Source of the DNA: Syntrophales bacterium | GTDB taxonomy: Bacteria; Desulfobacterota; Syntrophia; Syntrophales; UBA2192 | DNA: 64,000 bases | Assembly (NCBI GenBank): GCA_036725345.1 | Contig: DAIMEJ010000009.1 | Coordinates: forward strand, 66,169 to 130,168 | Direction: 5' to 3' | Shown here: in pieces, positions 45,724 to 54,506 of the stretch | How the letters are laid out: the number at the start of each line of letters is the position of its first letter | How positions within the stretch are numbered: position 1 is the first letter of the stretch | Notes under the pieces: model-generated | The model's input: the letters and a program-made list of their open reading frames with translations, nothing else | Database searches by the model: none | What the model was told of the DNA's origin: nothing | Position numbers and translations under genes: made by a program

Positions 45724-46736
45724 TTCGACCAGAGCCCCCTGTCCTCGAGTTTCTTGACCAGCTCCGCCAGAAGTGCCTTGATGCCTCCACCCGTAACCGC
45801 GGAGACGGGGAACATTTTTACGCCCTTTTTCCGAAAGATGTCAATGACTTTTTGCATCTTTTCGGCAGTGGCGGGGAGGTCCGTCTTCGTGAGCGCCACG
45901 ATCTGCGGTTTTTCCTTCAGGCGGGCGCCGTAAAGGGCAAGCTCCCGGTTGACCGCTTCAAAATTCTTCCAGGCCTTCGCCGGAGGCTCCCGGGAGACAT
46001 CGATCAGGTGCAGCAGCAGCGTCGTCCTTTCGATGTGACGAAGAAACCTCGTCCCCAGGCCCGTTCCCGCATGGGCCCCCTCGATGAGACCCGGGATGTC
46101 GGCAACCACGAAGGAACGGTCATCACTGTAGCGCACGACGCCCAGGTTGGGAACGAGGGTCGTGAAGGGATAGTCGGCGATCTTGGGCCGCGCCGCGGAG
46201 ATCCTCGAGATGAGCGTCGACTTCCCCACGTTGGGCAGACCGATGATCCCCACATCCGCCAGAAGCTTGAGTTCAAGAAGGACCCGGCGTTCCTCGCCCG
46301 GCCGCCCGTCCTCGGCATGACGCGGCGCTCTGCGGGTCGGCGTTGCAAAGCGGGCGTTTCCGCGGCCGCCGATTCCCCCCCGCGCGGCGATATATTCCTC
46401 CCCGTCCGCCGCCAGGTCCGCAAGGACCTCCCCTGTCTCGGCGTCCCGGACCACCGTCCCGACGGGCACAAGGATCTCCACATCCTGGCCGCTCCGGCCG
46501 GTCCGGTTGTTCCCGCTGCCATGGGATCCTCTCTCGGCCGCGTGATGCTGGTTGAACTTCAGGTCCAGAAGCGTGTGGTGGCCCCGCGAGGCCCTGATGA
46601 CCACGTCTCCCCCGTTGCCTCCGTCGCCGCCGTCGGGTCCTCCCCTGGGGACATACTTCTCCCGGCGGAAACTCACGCAGCCTCTCCCGCCGTCGCCCCC
46701 TTTCACAAATATCTTTGCCTCGTCGATGAACTTCAT
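45720..46736 (-). CDS. obg: GTPase Obg/CgtA
   Basis: ORF 45720..46766 trimmed to MKFIDEAKIFVKGGDGGRGCVSFRREKY (338 aa). Gly-rich Obg fold and G-domain GLPNVGKST. Confidence 0.96.
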   Translation of the reverse strand: MKFIDEAKIFVKGGDGGRGCVSFRREKYVPRGGPDGGDGGNGGDVVIRASRGHHTLLDLKFNQHHAAERGSHGSGNNRTGRSGQDVEILVPVGTVVRDAETGEVLADLAADGEEYIAARGGIGGRGNARFATPTRRAPRHAEDGRPGEERRVLLELKLLADVGIIGLPNVGKSTLISRISAARPKIADYPFTTLVPNLGVVRYSDDRSFVVADIPGLIEGAHAGTGLGTRFLRHIERTTLLLHLIDVSREPPAKAWKNFEAVNRELALYGARLKEKPQIVALTKTDLPATAEKMQKVIDIFRKKGVKMFPVSAVTGGGIKALLAELVKKLEDRGLWSK

Positions 46737-46778
46737 GTCTTTGAAACCGCTCCCGGAGGCCGGCACGCGCGGCCATAA

Positions 46779-46810
46779 AGAAAGCCCTCATGACGAGATG
46801 AGGGCTTTCT
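46779..46810 (-). terminator. Rho-independent terminator downstream of csp
   Basis: Minus-sense: AGAAAGCCCUCAU-CUCGUC-AUGAGGGCUUUCU followed by UUAUGG. 12-13 bp stem with a U-rich tail, ending about 40 nt upstream of the obg start. Confidence 0.6.
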
Positions 46811-47013
46811 GAGATGACGACCGGGGTTATGAAAAGATGCGAATGAGCCCTTCAGCAGGGTGCACACAGGCGGCCCGCAGAGCCTTCTGCTGAAGGTCCC
46901 CCATGGATCAAGCCGAAGACCTGAAACGCCGGATAGCCTCTCGGCTTGTGATGAAATCGCAACGTTCGGCGTCACCCGATCGATCCGCCTGACGATAACG
47001 ACCGGAAGCGCCT

Positions 47014-47223
47014 TTAGAGTCGTTTGACCTCTGCCGCGGCCTGGCCCTTGTTGTCCTGCTTGATCGAGAACTCGACTCGATCGCCCTCCTTGAGACTCCT
47101 GAAACCGTCGCCAACAATGGCGGAGTAGTGCACAAAAACATCCCCCCCCGACTCACGCGAGATGAAGCCATACCCCTTCTTGTTGTCAAACCACTTTACC
47201 GTCCCCACTTCTCGCTCGGCCAT
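47014..47223 (-). CDS. Cold-shock protein (CspA family)
   Basis: 69-aa ORF with GTVKWFDNKKGYGFI (RNP1) and VFVHYS (RNP2). Strong SD (AAAGGAGGAG). Confidence 0.96.
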   Translation of the reverse strand: MAEREVGTVKWFDNKKGYGFISRESGGDVFVHYSAIVGDGFRSLKEGDRVEFSIKQDNKGQAAAEVKRL

Positions 47224-47448
47224 AATAAAAACTCCTCCTTTTCATGGAAAAAATCGCCCGGTCCCGAATTCCGCCCGGGCGGCGTCGACGATATGCCTAT
47301 AAAGAAAAAAAGCATAAAAAAGGGCGTTCATCAACCATGCTTCGCATGGGATAAACACCCTTTATATCCGGATATGCCTGAGCTTTGTGACGACACGTGC
47401 CGAGAATCTTTGCTGAACGAATTTAGAGCCGAGAACGAAAATCCTTTT

Positions 47449-47703
47449 TCAGGATGCGTAAACGCTGACCTTCTTCCGGTCTTTGCCCATCCTCTCGTAT
47501 TTCACGACCCCGTCGATCTTGGAAAAAAGCGTATAGTCTTTTCCAAGCCCCACGTTCCTGCCGGGATGAATCCTGGTTCCAAGCTGACGAACGATGATCG
47601 CGCCGGCCAGAACCTCCTGGCCGCTGAATACCTTCACGCCCCGGCGCTGGGCGTTGCTGTCCCTGCCGTTGCGGGTACTTCCCTGTCCTTTCTTGTGAGC
47701 CAT
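47449..47703 (-). CDS. rpmA: 50S ribosomal protein L27
   Basis: 84-aa [27 protein letters not shown]..., canonical L27. Confidence 0.97.
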   Translation of the reverse strand: MAHKKGQGSTRNGRDSNAQRRGVKVFSGQEVLAGAIIVRQLGTRIHPGRNVGLGKDYTLFSKIDGVVKYERMGKDRKKVSVYAS

Positions 47704-47715
47704 CGGATCCTCCGA

Positions 47716-48027
47716 TTACACCGAGATTTCCTTGATCTTGACACGGGTCAATTCCTGGCGGTGGCCCCGTTTCTTTCGAAAGCCTTTTCTCTTTTTCATC
47801 TTGAAGACCGTGAGCTTGGGGCCCTTTGTCTGGGCGATGATCTCCCCGACCACTTTCGCCTGTTTCACAAAAGGTTTTCCGACTTCGGTCGCCTCACCCG
47901 TTGAAACCAGAAGGACCTCATCAAAAAGGACCTCCGTACCCGCCTGGCCCTCGATTTTCTCGACTTTCAGGAAATCGCCCTCGGATACCTTGTACTGTTT
48001 ACCACCCGTCTTGATCACGGCGTACAT
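47716..48027 (-). CDS. rplU: 50S ribosomal protein L21
   Basis: ORF 47716..48045 trimmed to [14 protein letters not shown] (103 aa, canonical L21 N-terminus). AAGAGGA lies upstream, and the promoter at 48063-48090 leaves no leader for the longer form. Confidence 0.95.
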   Translation of the reverse strand: MYAVIKTGGKQYKVSEGDFLKVEKIEGQAGTEVLFDEVLLVSTGEATEVGKPFVKQAKVVGEIIAQTKGPKLTVFKMKKRKGFRKKRGHRQELTRVKIKEISV

Positions 48028-48062
48028 GACACGCGTCCTCTTCATGGGAATCGAAAGCTCGA

Positions 48063-48090
48063 ATTATAGAAAATTATTTCGATTTGTCAA
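48063..48090 (-). promoter_or_regulatory. Near-consensus sigma70 promoter of rplU-rpmA
   Basis: Minus strand: TTGACA (48090-48085), 16 nt, TATAAT (48068-48063). The -35 hexamer overlaps the stop codon (48087-48089) of the upstream radical SAM gene. Confidence 0.7.
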
Positions 48091-50585
48091 CAGATTTTAT
48101 CGCCAAAGAGGGTCCTCTTCTTGATCACCCGCAATCGTTTCGCCTCTTCCTCCTCAAAGCCGAGCACGCGGGTCAAGATCTCCAGCGGTCTGGCCGTACC
48201 TTCCTCCGTCTGCAGGAGAAGAAGAATGATTTTATGGACTTGCCGATCCACAACAAGCCGCCCCACACAGGGCCGTATATTCTTCCTGCGGACCCCCTCC
48301 TTTTCCCGGCGGGTTACTTCACACTCCTTTTTGCTGAGGAACTCGCCTATCCTTCCTTCGAGTTCGCGGGTGCGGTTGCCCGTGAGGGTTTCAGGCAGCG
48401 GGATCTCATATTCAAACCCTTTGATATTCTTTAGAAGTTCCCCATCACCCGGGCGGATCTCCCGGATGTCCTCAACGGAGAGACCGGAAGGAAGCCTCTC
48501 GTTCAACCTTTGGCGAAGCTTCCAGGGTTCGCCCGGAAGCGGCTCCTCGACCAGCAGGTCGGCGTGCTCCTCCAGACTCTCCATCCCCACGGCGGTGGCG
48601 TGACCGAAGGAAAGCCTGGGATGGGGGCGAAAACCCTCGGAATAGGCAAGGGAGAGGCCGGTCTGCCTGATCGCCCGGATGAGGGCCGAGGCGACCTCCA
48701 GGTGTGAGAGAAACCTTGCTTCTCCCGCCTTCGAAAACTTGAGCCGCCATTTCACGCCCGCCGGCCCTTTCTTTTTTTGCGCCTTGTCCGGAGGTTCGAA
48801 GACCTCGTCCCCCGGCTTTTTCGCTTCGACGATCCTGACGGACTCGAAATCACAGACACCGCAGGACTGACACTCCCCCGTCCGGCAATCCGCAGTGAGG
48901 GACCCCTCGCGTGACTTCTGATACTCCTTCAAGAGAAAATCTTCGGAAAGACCGCAATCCACCCGTGCCCACGGCAGGGGCTCGCCGGTCCCGCGCTCCC
49001 GAAGATAGTCCTCTGCCCGGATGCCAGTCTCCGCCAGGGCCTTCTGCCAGTCATCAAACCTGAAGGCGTCGCTCCAGCCGTCGAACCGGCATCCGAAACG
49101 ATAGGCCCTTTCAACAACCGCGGCGAGCCGCTCATCTCCCCGCGAGAAGATGCCTTCCAGATGACTCATCCGGCCGTCGTGCCACTTGAGTGCGAGGTTC
49201 CGGTGGGTGATCCGTTTCTTGAAGAATCTCTGCTTATCCAGGATCTCTTCCAGATCCGACTGCCCGTGCCACTGGAAGGGCGTGTGGGGCTTGGGAACGA
49301 AGGTGGAGAGGGCGAGATTAACCAGCCTCTGGGATTTCCCCTCCCGGAGCACCTTGTAGGCGAGGTCCGCGATTCCCTCCAAGTCCTCTTCCCGCTCCCC
49401 CGGGATGCCGATCATGAAATAAAGCTTGACGGACTTCCAGCCCCCCTCGAAGACGCGCCTTGCCGTTTGAAGGAGATCCTCCTCCGTATTACCCTTGTTG
49501 ATGATATCCCTCAGCCGCTGGGTGCCGGCCTCGGGCGCCAGCGTAAAGCTGGTTTTCCTCACCTTTCTGATCTCCTCGATGAGCTTCCGGCTGAGCGTCT
49601 CCACGCGCAGTGAGGGAAGCCCGACGGCGACGCGACGGTCGTAGAACCGGTTCATGAAATCGGACAGAACGTATTCGATCCCGGAGTAATCGCCGGTGCT
49701 GAGCGACAGAAGGGAAATTTCATCGTAGCCCGTGGCGCAGAGCATTTCCTCGGCCATGACCCGCAACACGGAGGGAGAACGCTCCCGCACGGGCCGCCAG
49801 ACCATTCCCGCCTGGCAGAACCGGCAGCCCCTCGTGCAACCCCGCGCGATTTCCAGGGTGGCCCTGTCGTGAATCGTGTTCATGAGAGGAACGAGCGGCT
49901 TGAGGGGGATCCGCCACGCGTCGAGATCCGTGACGATTCTTTTTCTGATCCGTGCCTCCGAACCGCGCAGGGCCGGCACGTAGACCCCTTCCAGTTCGGA
50001 GAGCATCGTCAGAATCTTCCTGCGGTCGCCGCCTTTCTCCTTCCCTTCCCGGACGGCCCGGGCGATCTCCACGACGACCTCCTCGCCTTCGCCGATGACG
50101 ACGGCATCGAAGAAAGGCGCCATGGGCGCGGGGTTGAAGGCGCAAGGTCCCCCGGCAATGATCAGGGGATCGCCTTCCCGCCGGTCCCCGGCCCGAAGCG
50201 GCACACCCCCCAGATCGAGCATGTTCAGGACGTTCGTGTAGGAGAGTTCATACTGGAGTGAAAAGCCGACAATGTCGAAGTTCCGGAGGGGCGTTCTCGA
50301 CTCCAGCGAGGACAGCTGAAGCCCGGCCGTTCTCATGCGTCGCTCCATGTCCGGCCACGGCGCGTAAAATCGCTCCGCCACGATGTTGGGATCGCTGTTC
50401 AGGATGGCGTAGAGGATCTGGAGGCCCAGGTGGGACATGCCGACTTCGTAGGCATCGGGAAAGGCAAGCGCAAAGGCCAGCTGGCATTTTGCCCTGTCTT
50501 TGCGGACGGTGTTGACTTCCCCGCCGATGTAGCGACTCGGCTTTTCCACAAGGGAGAGGATCTCTTCAAAAGAGCTCGATGTCAT
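48087..50585 (-). CDS. Fused B12-binding-domain radical SAM protein / DUF2344-type radical-SAM-associated domain (function unknown)
   Basis: 832-aa ORF with radical SAM cluster motif CTRGCRFC (CxxxCxxC). The C-terminal approx 230 aa (KWRLKFSKAGEARFLSHLEVASALIRAIRQTGLSLAYSEGFRPHPRLSFG) match my memory of DUF2344. Start ATG overlaps the mdh stop (ATGA). Confidence 0.8.
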   Translation of the reverse strand: MTSSSFEEILSLVEKPSRYIGGEVNTVRKDRAKCQLAFALAFPDAYEVGMSHLGLQILYAILNSDPNIVAERFYAPWPDMERRMRTAGLQLSSLESRTPLRNFDIVGFSLQYELSYTNVLNMLDLGGVPLRAGDRREGDPLIIAGGPCAFNPAPMAPFFDAVVIGEGEEVVVEIARAVREGKEKGGDRRKILTMLSELEGVYVPALRGSEARIRKRIVTDLDAWRIPLKPLVPLMNTIHDRATLEIARGCTRGCRFCQAGMVWRPVRERSPSVLRVMAEEMLCATGYDEISLLSLSTGDYSGIEYVLSDFMNRFYDRRVAVGLPSLRVETLSRKLIEEIRKVRKTSFTLAPEAGTQRLRDIINKGNTEEDLLQTARRVFEGGWKSVKLYFMIGIPGEREEDLEGIADLAYKVLREGKSQRLVNLALSTFVPKPHTPFQWHGQSDLEEILDKQRFFKKRITHRNLALKWHDGRMSHLEGIFSRGDERLAAVVERAYRFGCRFDGWSDAFRFDDWQKALAETGIRAEDYLRERGTGEPLPWARVDCGLSEDFLLKEYQKSREGSLTADCRTGECQSCGVCDFESVRIVEAKKPGDEVFEPPDKAQKKKGPAGVKWRLKFSKAGEARFLSHLEVASALIRAIRQTGLSLAYSEGFRPHPRLSFGHATAVGMESLEEHADLLVEEPLPGEPWKLRQRLNERLPSGLSVEDIREIRPGDGELLKNIKGFEYEIPLPETLTGNRTRELEGRIGEFLSKKECEVTRREKEGVRRKNIRPCVGRLVVDRQVHKIILLLLQTEEGTARPLEILTRVLGFEEEEAKRLRVIKKRTLFGDKIC

Positions 50586-51514
50586 GTGACGCGAAGTTCG
50601 TTGAATGTTTTTTCCACGCGTTCGGCCGATCGGCGCAGGGCATCGCGTTCTTCCGCCGTCAGCTCGATTTCATACCTGTCTTCGACGCCGCCCGCGCCCA
50701 GTTTGACCGGTATGCCGATGAAGCAACCCCGTATGCCGTACTGGCCGTCGAGGTACGTGGATGCCGGCACGACCCGTTTGCTGTCCCGGAGAATGGCTTC
50801 GACCATGACGAAAACGGCGGCGGACGGGGCATGAAAGGCGCTTCCCGTCTTCAAAAGACCGATAATCTCCGCCCCCCCGTACCTGGTCCGCTCGATGATG
50901 GCCTGATGCCGCTCCGGCTTCACGAGCTGACCCACCGGAACCCCTTTCAGGGTCGTGCGGCGACCCACGGGCACCATGCTGTCTCCATGCCCGCCCAGGA
51001 CCAGCGCTTCTATTTCTCTCGGCGCCACCCCAAGCTCCTCGGCCAGGAAGAGCTGGTATCGGGCCGAGTCCAGAACACCCCCCATGCCGACGACCCGATG
51101 GGCGGGGAAACCGGAGACCTTCCAGGCGAGCTGGGTCATCACATCGACAGGGTTTGTGACCATGAGCAGAATGCATTCCGGCGCGTAGGTTTTGACCCTT
51201 TCCGTGACGGATTGGATGATCTTTCCGTTTTTGGCGGCGAGTTCCTCCCGGCTCATTCCGGGCAGTCTGGCAAAACCCGCGGTGACCACGACGATCCGGG
51301 ATCCCCGGATCTCCGAAAAATCATTGGTCCCCGTGATCTTGACGTCAAAGCCCTCGATTCCCGCGGACTGGGCGATATCCAGAGCTTTTCCCTGTGGCAT
51401 CCCTTCAACGATGTCCACCAGAACGACGTGCGCAAGATCATGCTCCACGATTCTCTGGGCTGTCATCGTACCGACAAAACCTGCGCCGACCACGGACACT
51501 TTGGGGATGTTCAT
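50582..51514 (-). CDS. mdh: Malate dehydrogenase (LDH-like type)
   Basis: ORF 50582..51790 trimmed to MNIPKVSVVGAGFVGT (310 aa). An Arg is present in the substrate-discriminating loop TAGFARLPGMSREEL (MDH-type). Catalytic GGHGD present. Confidence 0.9.
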   Translation of the reverse strand: MNIPKVSVVGAGFVGTMTAQRIVEHDLAHVVLVDIVEGMPQGKALDIAQSAGIEGFDVKITGTNDFSEIRGSRIVVVTAGFARLPGMSREELAAKNGKIIQSVTERVKTYAPECILLMVTNPVDVMTQLAWKVSGFPAHRVVGMGGVLDSARYQLFLAEELGVAPREIEALVLGGHGDSMVPVGRRTTLKGVPVGQLVKPERHQAIIERTRYGGAEIIGLLKTGSAFHAPSAAVFVMVEAILRDSKRVVPASTYLDGQYGIRGCFIGIPVKLGAGGVEDRYEIELTAEERDALRRSAERVEKTFNELRVT

Positions 51515-51575
51515 GTGAGACTCCTGCTGATGGATGGACGGCCGTCCGCACGCACCGGGTTGGACGGCGCGGCCG

Positions 51576-51983
51576 CTATTCACCGGTGTTTTCCGTCTTC
51601 TGCTCCGGCAGAAGACCATACTTCCAGGGGTTTTTCCGGATGTCCCCGTACTTCGAAAGAACAAACCTGCGGGGGAAATGGGGCTTCGAAATGTAGGGAA
51701 GCGCGTCTTTCCTGAAGTGATCCTCGAATTCCCTGAAGACCTTTTCACGATCCCGGAGGGGAACAAAGGTCCTCTCATTCGAGTGCTCAAAAAGGACTTC
51801 CGTCCCGAAGATGTTCGTGGTCATCTCGTAATGCTCCCGCCGGTCGAAATACGCCTCCTTGACCTCCACCTGGACCCTCGCGAGGAAGACAACCTTCACC
51901 ATGTCCTGCGCGACGGGGCGGGATCGGTCATAAACCTCTACGGTCAACCTGTTCGGCAGGATGATCTCCTCAACAAGTTTCAT
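51576..51983 (-). CDS. Hypothetical protein
   Basis: ORF 51576..52058. Likely start MKLVEEIILPNRL (135 aa). Charged and soluble with no motif I recognise. Lies 61 nt upstream of mdh on the same strand. Confidence 0.5.
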   Translation of the reverse strand: MKLVEEIILPNRLTVEVYDRSRPVAQDMVKVVFLARVQVEVKEAYFDRREHYEMTTNIFGTEVLFEHSNERTFVPLRDREKVFREFEDHFRKDALPYISKPHFPRRFVLSKYGDIRKNPWKYGLLPEQKTENTGE

Positions 51984-52076
51984 TCCTCCGAGTCCCTCCG
52001 GCGTTATTCGTATCGGGGATGTACGACCGTTACGGCGGTGAGCCTCCAGAGCCTCCATCCCGGCAAGCCTTTCCGC

Positions 52077-52106
52077 TTGACGCCCAAGCTTGTTAAAGCC
52101 TATACT
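52077..52106 (+). promoter_or_regulatory. Candidate purU promoter
   Basis: TTGACG (52077-52082), 18 nt, TATACT (52101-52106), about 67 nt upstream of the purU ATG. Confidence 0.55.
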
Positions 52107-52173
52107 TATTTTTTGCCGAAAAATAGGGTTTTGTGTTTAACACATTTGCAAGGGAATTTGAAGGGATAAGAAA

Positions 52174-53028
52174 ATGGAAAGCCACAATGCGATCCTCCTT
52201 CTCACCTGTCCCGACAAGAAAGGCATCGTGGCATCGGTGTCCAACTTCATCTTCAACCACAACGGGAACATCGTCCACGCCGCCCAGCACACGGCCGAGG
52301 ACCAGATCTTTTTTATGCGAATCGAGTGGGAGTTGAACGGCTTCGACATTCCGAGGGATGAGATCGGCGCGGCCTTCGAGACCCTTGCCCGGCGGTTCGA
52401 CATGAAATGGGATCTTCATTTCACCGACAGAGTGGCGCGGATGGCCATTTTCGTCTCCCGGCACCTTTACAGTTTCTATGACCTCGTGTTTCGCCACCGG
52501 ATGGGGGAATTCAAGGCTGAGATCCCGCTGGTCATCAGCAATCACCTGGACGCGAAACCCCTGGCGGAGAGCTTCGGCCTGCCTTTCCGTCATTATCCGA
52601 TCACCCCGGATAACAAGGCGGAGCAGGAGACCCGGGAACTGGAAGAAATGCAGAGACACAGGGTTGATCTGATCGTCCTCGCCCGTTACATGCAGGTCCT
52701 GACGGGCCGCTTCATCGATCTGTACCCCAATCGAATCATCAACATCCACCACTCCTTCCTCCCGGCCTTTGCCGGGGGCAAACCTTACCAGCAGGCCTAT
52801 GACCGGGGCGTGAAGATCATCGGGGCGACGAGCCATTATGTTACGGAGTCCCTCGACGACGGCCCCATCATCGTCCAGGACATCATCCGGACCTCCCACC
52901 GGGATACCGTGGAAGACATGAAGATGAAAGGGAAAGACATTGAGCGGATGGTCCTGGCCAAGGCGGTGAAACTTCACCTGGAGCACCGGATCCTCGTTCA
53001 CGGCTCAAAGACCATCGTGCTGGAGTAG
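52174..53028 (+). CDS. purU: Formyltetrahydrofolate deformylase
   Basis: 284-aa ORF. N-terminal ACT domain (ILLLTCPDKKGIVASVSNFI) plus a formyltransferase domain (DLIVLARYMQVL, NIHHSFLPAF). Confidence 0.94.
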   Translation: MESHNAILLLTCPDKKGIVASVSNFIFNHNGNIVHAAQHTAEDQIFFMRIEWELNGFDIPRDEIGAAFETLARRFDMKWDLHFTDRVARMAIFVSRHLYSFYDLVFRHRMGEFKAEIPLVISNHLDAKPLAESFGLPFRHYPITPDNKAEQETRELEEMQRHRVDLIVLARYMQVLTGRFIDLYPNRIINIHHSFLPAFAGGKPYQQAYDRGVKIIGATSHYVTESLDDGPIIVQDIIRTSHRDTVEDMKMKGKDIERMVLAKAVKLHLEHRILVHGSKTIVLE

Positions 53029-53097
53029 AAAAGGGGCCGCTTCCTCCGGTGGCCCCGGTCGATGTGCGGCCGGGAAGCCATTTTTTCCGAGCAGGCT

Positions 53098-53910
53098 ATG
53101 GAAAAGGAATTCATTCATCTCTGCCAGCCCGACGAAAAGAAATCCTGCGCCGCCTGCTGCGGGTTATACAACTACGCCGACAGCCGGAAGGAAGCCCTCC
53201 GGAAACGCCTGGAGCGGCGCACCCGGCTCTTCCAAGAGATCGTCCGGGGGCGAGCCGACCTGTCGTCCTTCTCGCAGAAGGTGAGGCAGGAAGAAGATCA
53301 AGCCAGGCTCTACGAGGTCATATACTGTTGCGAGTACCTGGGGTTTCTCGACGCCGACGGAACGAAGGTCGGCTGTCTCCTCCATCCCCGCCGCAACGGC
53401 GGCGATGACCTGCGGGGCGTGTCCTTCTACGGGAGGGAACTGTGCGACGGTCATTTCTGCCCGAGCTACCACTACATCTCCGGGGAAGAGAAACGGGCCC
53501 TCATCGAGGTCATCGATGACTGGTACCTCTTTGGACTCGTCGTGACCGACATCGATCTCGTCAAAGAGTATTTCCGGCTGGTCAGCGAGGCCGTCGGCGA
53601 GATGCCCTCTCACCGCCGTTTCAGGGAGCCCCGGCTCCGGGACATCGCCTTTCGTTTCTTCCGGCTGAAGGTTGACTGGCCCTTCCGCTCGCCCGACGCC
53701 AATCGTTTCGGCAAGTACTACTTCGACGGCTCGCAGTACATGATTCGCTACATCGACTACGAATCCCTGGGCTGTGAAAAATCCAGATTTGACCGTATTT
53801 TCATGAGCCTGTCCTCTGTTTTCCAGGACGGAAAAGCGCTCCGGGAGGCTGAAAAAATCATCGAGGGGAACCTCCTGGAATTCACCGGCGTCTACACTGG
53901 AAAGCATTGA
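53098..53910 (+). CDS. Cysteine-cluster hypothetical protein (divergent YkgJ/CxxCxxCC-like)
   Basis: ORF 53062..53910, likely start MEKEFIHLC (270 aa). Cys pattern C-x8-C-x2-CC ... CC ... GC-LLHP ... C-x3-C-P resembles the YkgJ-type Zn/Fe-chelating family plus an approx 130-aa extra C-terminal region. Confidence 0.55.
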   Translation: MEKEFIHLCQPDEKKSCAACCGLYNYADSRKEALRKRLERRTRLFQEIVRGRADLSSFSQKVRQEEDQARLYEVIYCCEYLGFLDADGTKVGCLLHPRRNGGDDLRGVSFYGRELCDGHFCPSYHYISGEEKRALIEVIDDWYLFGLVVTDIDLVKEYFRLVSEAVGEMPSHRRFREPRLRDIAFRFFRLKVDWPFRSPDANRFGKYYFDGSQYMIRYIDYESLGCEKSRFDRIFMSLSSVFQDGKALREAEKIIEGNLLEFTGVYTGKH

Positions 53911-53916
53911 TTTCAA

Positions 53917-53945
53917 TTGACAATCTTTCGCCTCTTGGGTAGTGT
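53917..53945 (+). promoter_or_regulatory. Candidate promoter upstream of hpt
   Basis: TTGACA (53917-53922), 17 nt, TAGTGT (53940-53945), 22 nt upstream of the GTG start of hpt. Confidence 0.4.
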
Positions 53946-53967
53946 GACGCCTTAAGAGGTTTGAGCG

Positions 53968-54492
53968 GTGGAGAAATACAGGAAAAGGATCCTCTACAGC
54001 AGGGACGTCATCGACCAGCGCGTGAAGGCACTGGCCGGGCAAGTCTCCAGGGACTTCAGCGGGAAAGATCTCATCGTGGTGGGGGTGCTCAAGGGCTCCT
54101 TCATATTCATGGCCGATCTCATACGGGCCATGACAATCCCCTGCACGATCGACTTCATCCGTCTGGCCAGTTACGGTTCCGCCACCGTCAGCTCGGGAAA
54201 GGTCCGGATCACGAAGGACATCGAAACACCCATTACGGGCAGGGATGTCCTGGTCGTGGAGGACATCATTGATACAGGCCTGACGCTGGCCTTTCTGAAG
54301 GAAAAATTGCTGGAGCGGAATCCACGAACGCTGAGGTTCTGCACCCTGATCGACAAGAAACACCGGCGGGAAGTGGCGTTTCAATCCGATTACGTGGGCT
54401 TTGACCTTGATCAGGGATTCGTCGTGGGATACGGACTGGACTTCGACGAAAAGGCCCGTTATCTCCCTGATGTTTACGTTCTGGAAGAATGA
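53968..54492 (+). CDS. hpt: Hypoxanthine phosphoribosyltransferase
   Basis: 174-aa ORF (GTG start) with PRPP-binding VLVVEDIIDTGLT and GVLKGSFIFMADL. Confidence 0.94.
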   Translation: MEKYRKRILYSRDVIDQRVKALAGQVSRDFSGKDLIVVGVLKGSFIFMADLIRAMTIPCTIDFIRLASYGSATVSSGKVRITKDIETPITGRDVLVVEDIIDTGLTLAFLKEKLLERNPRTLRFCTLIDKKHRREVAFQSDYVGFDLDQGFVVGYGLDFDEKARYLPDVYVLEE

Positions 54493-54506
54493 AAAGAGGG
54501 GGCTTT

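Noticed and set aside
51515-51790. 92-aa N-terminal extension of mdh. Similar upstream extensions occur for rplA (13543-13641), rplK (13991-14080), obg, rplU, ogt and the ACT protein.
   Set aside because: The extensions lack family similarity, often cross neighbouring genes or promoters, and internal starts give canonical N-termini and normal protein lengths.
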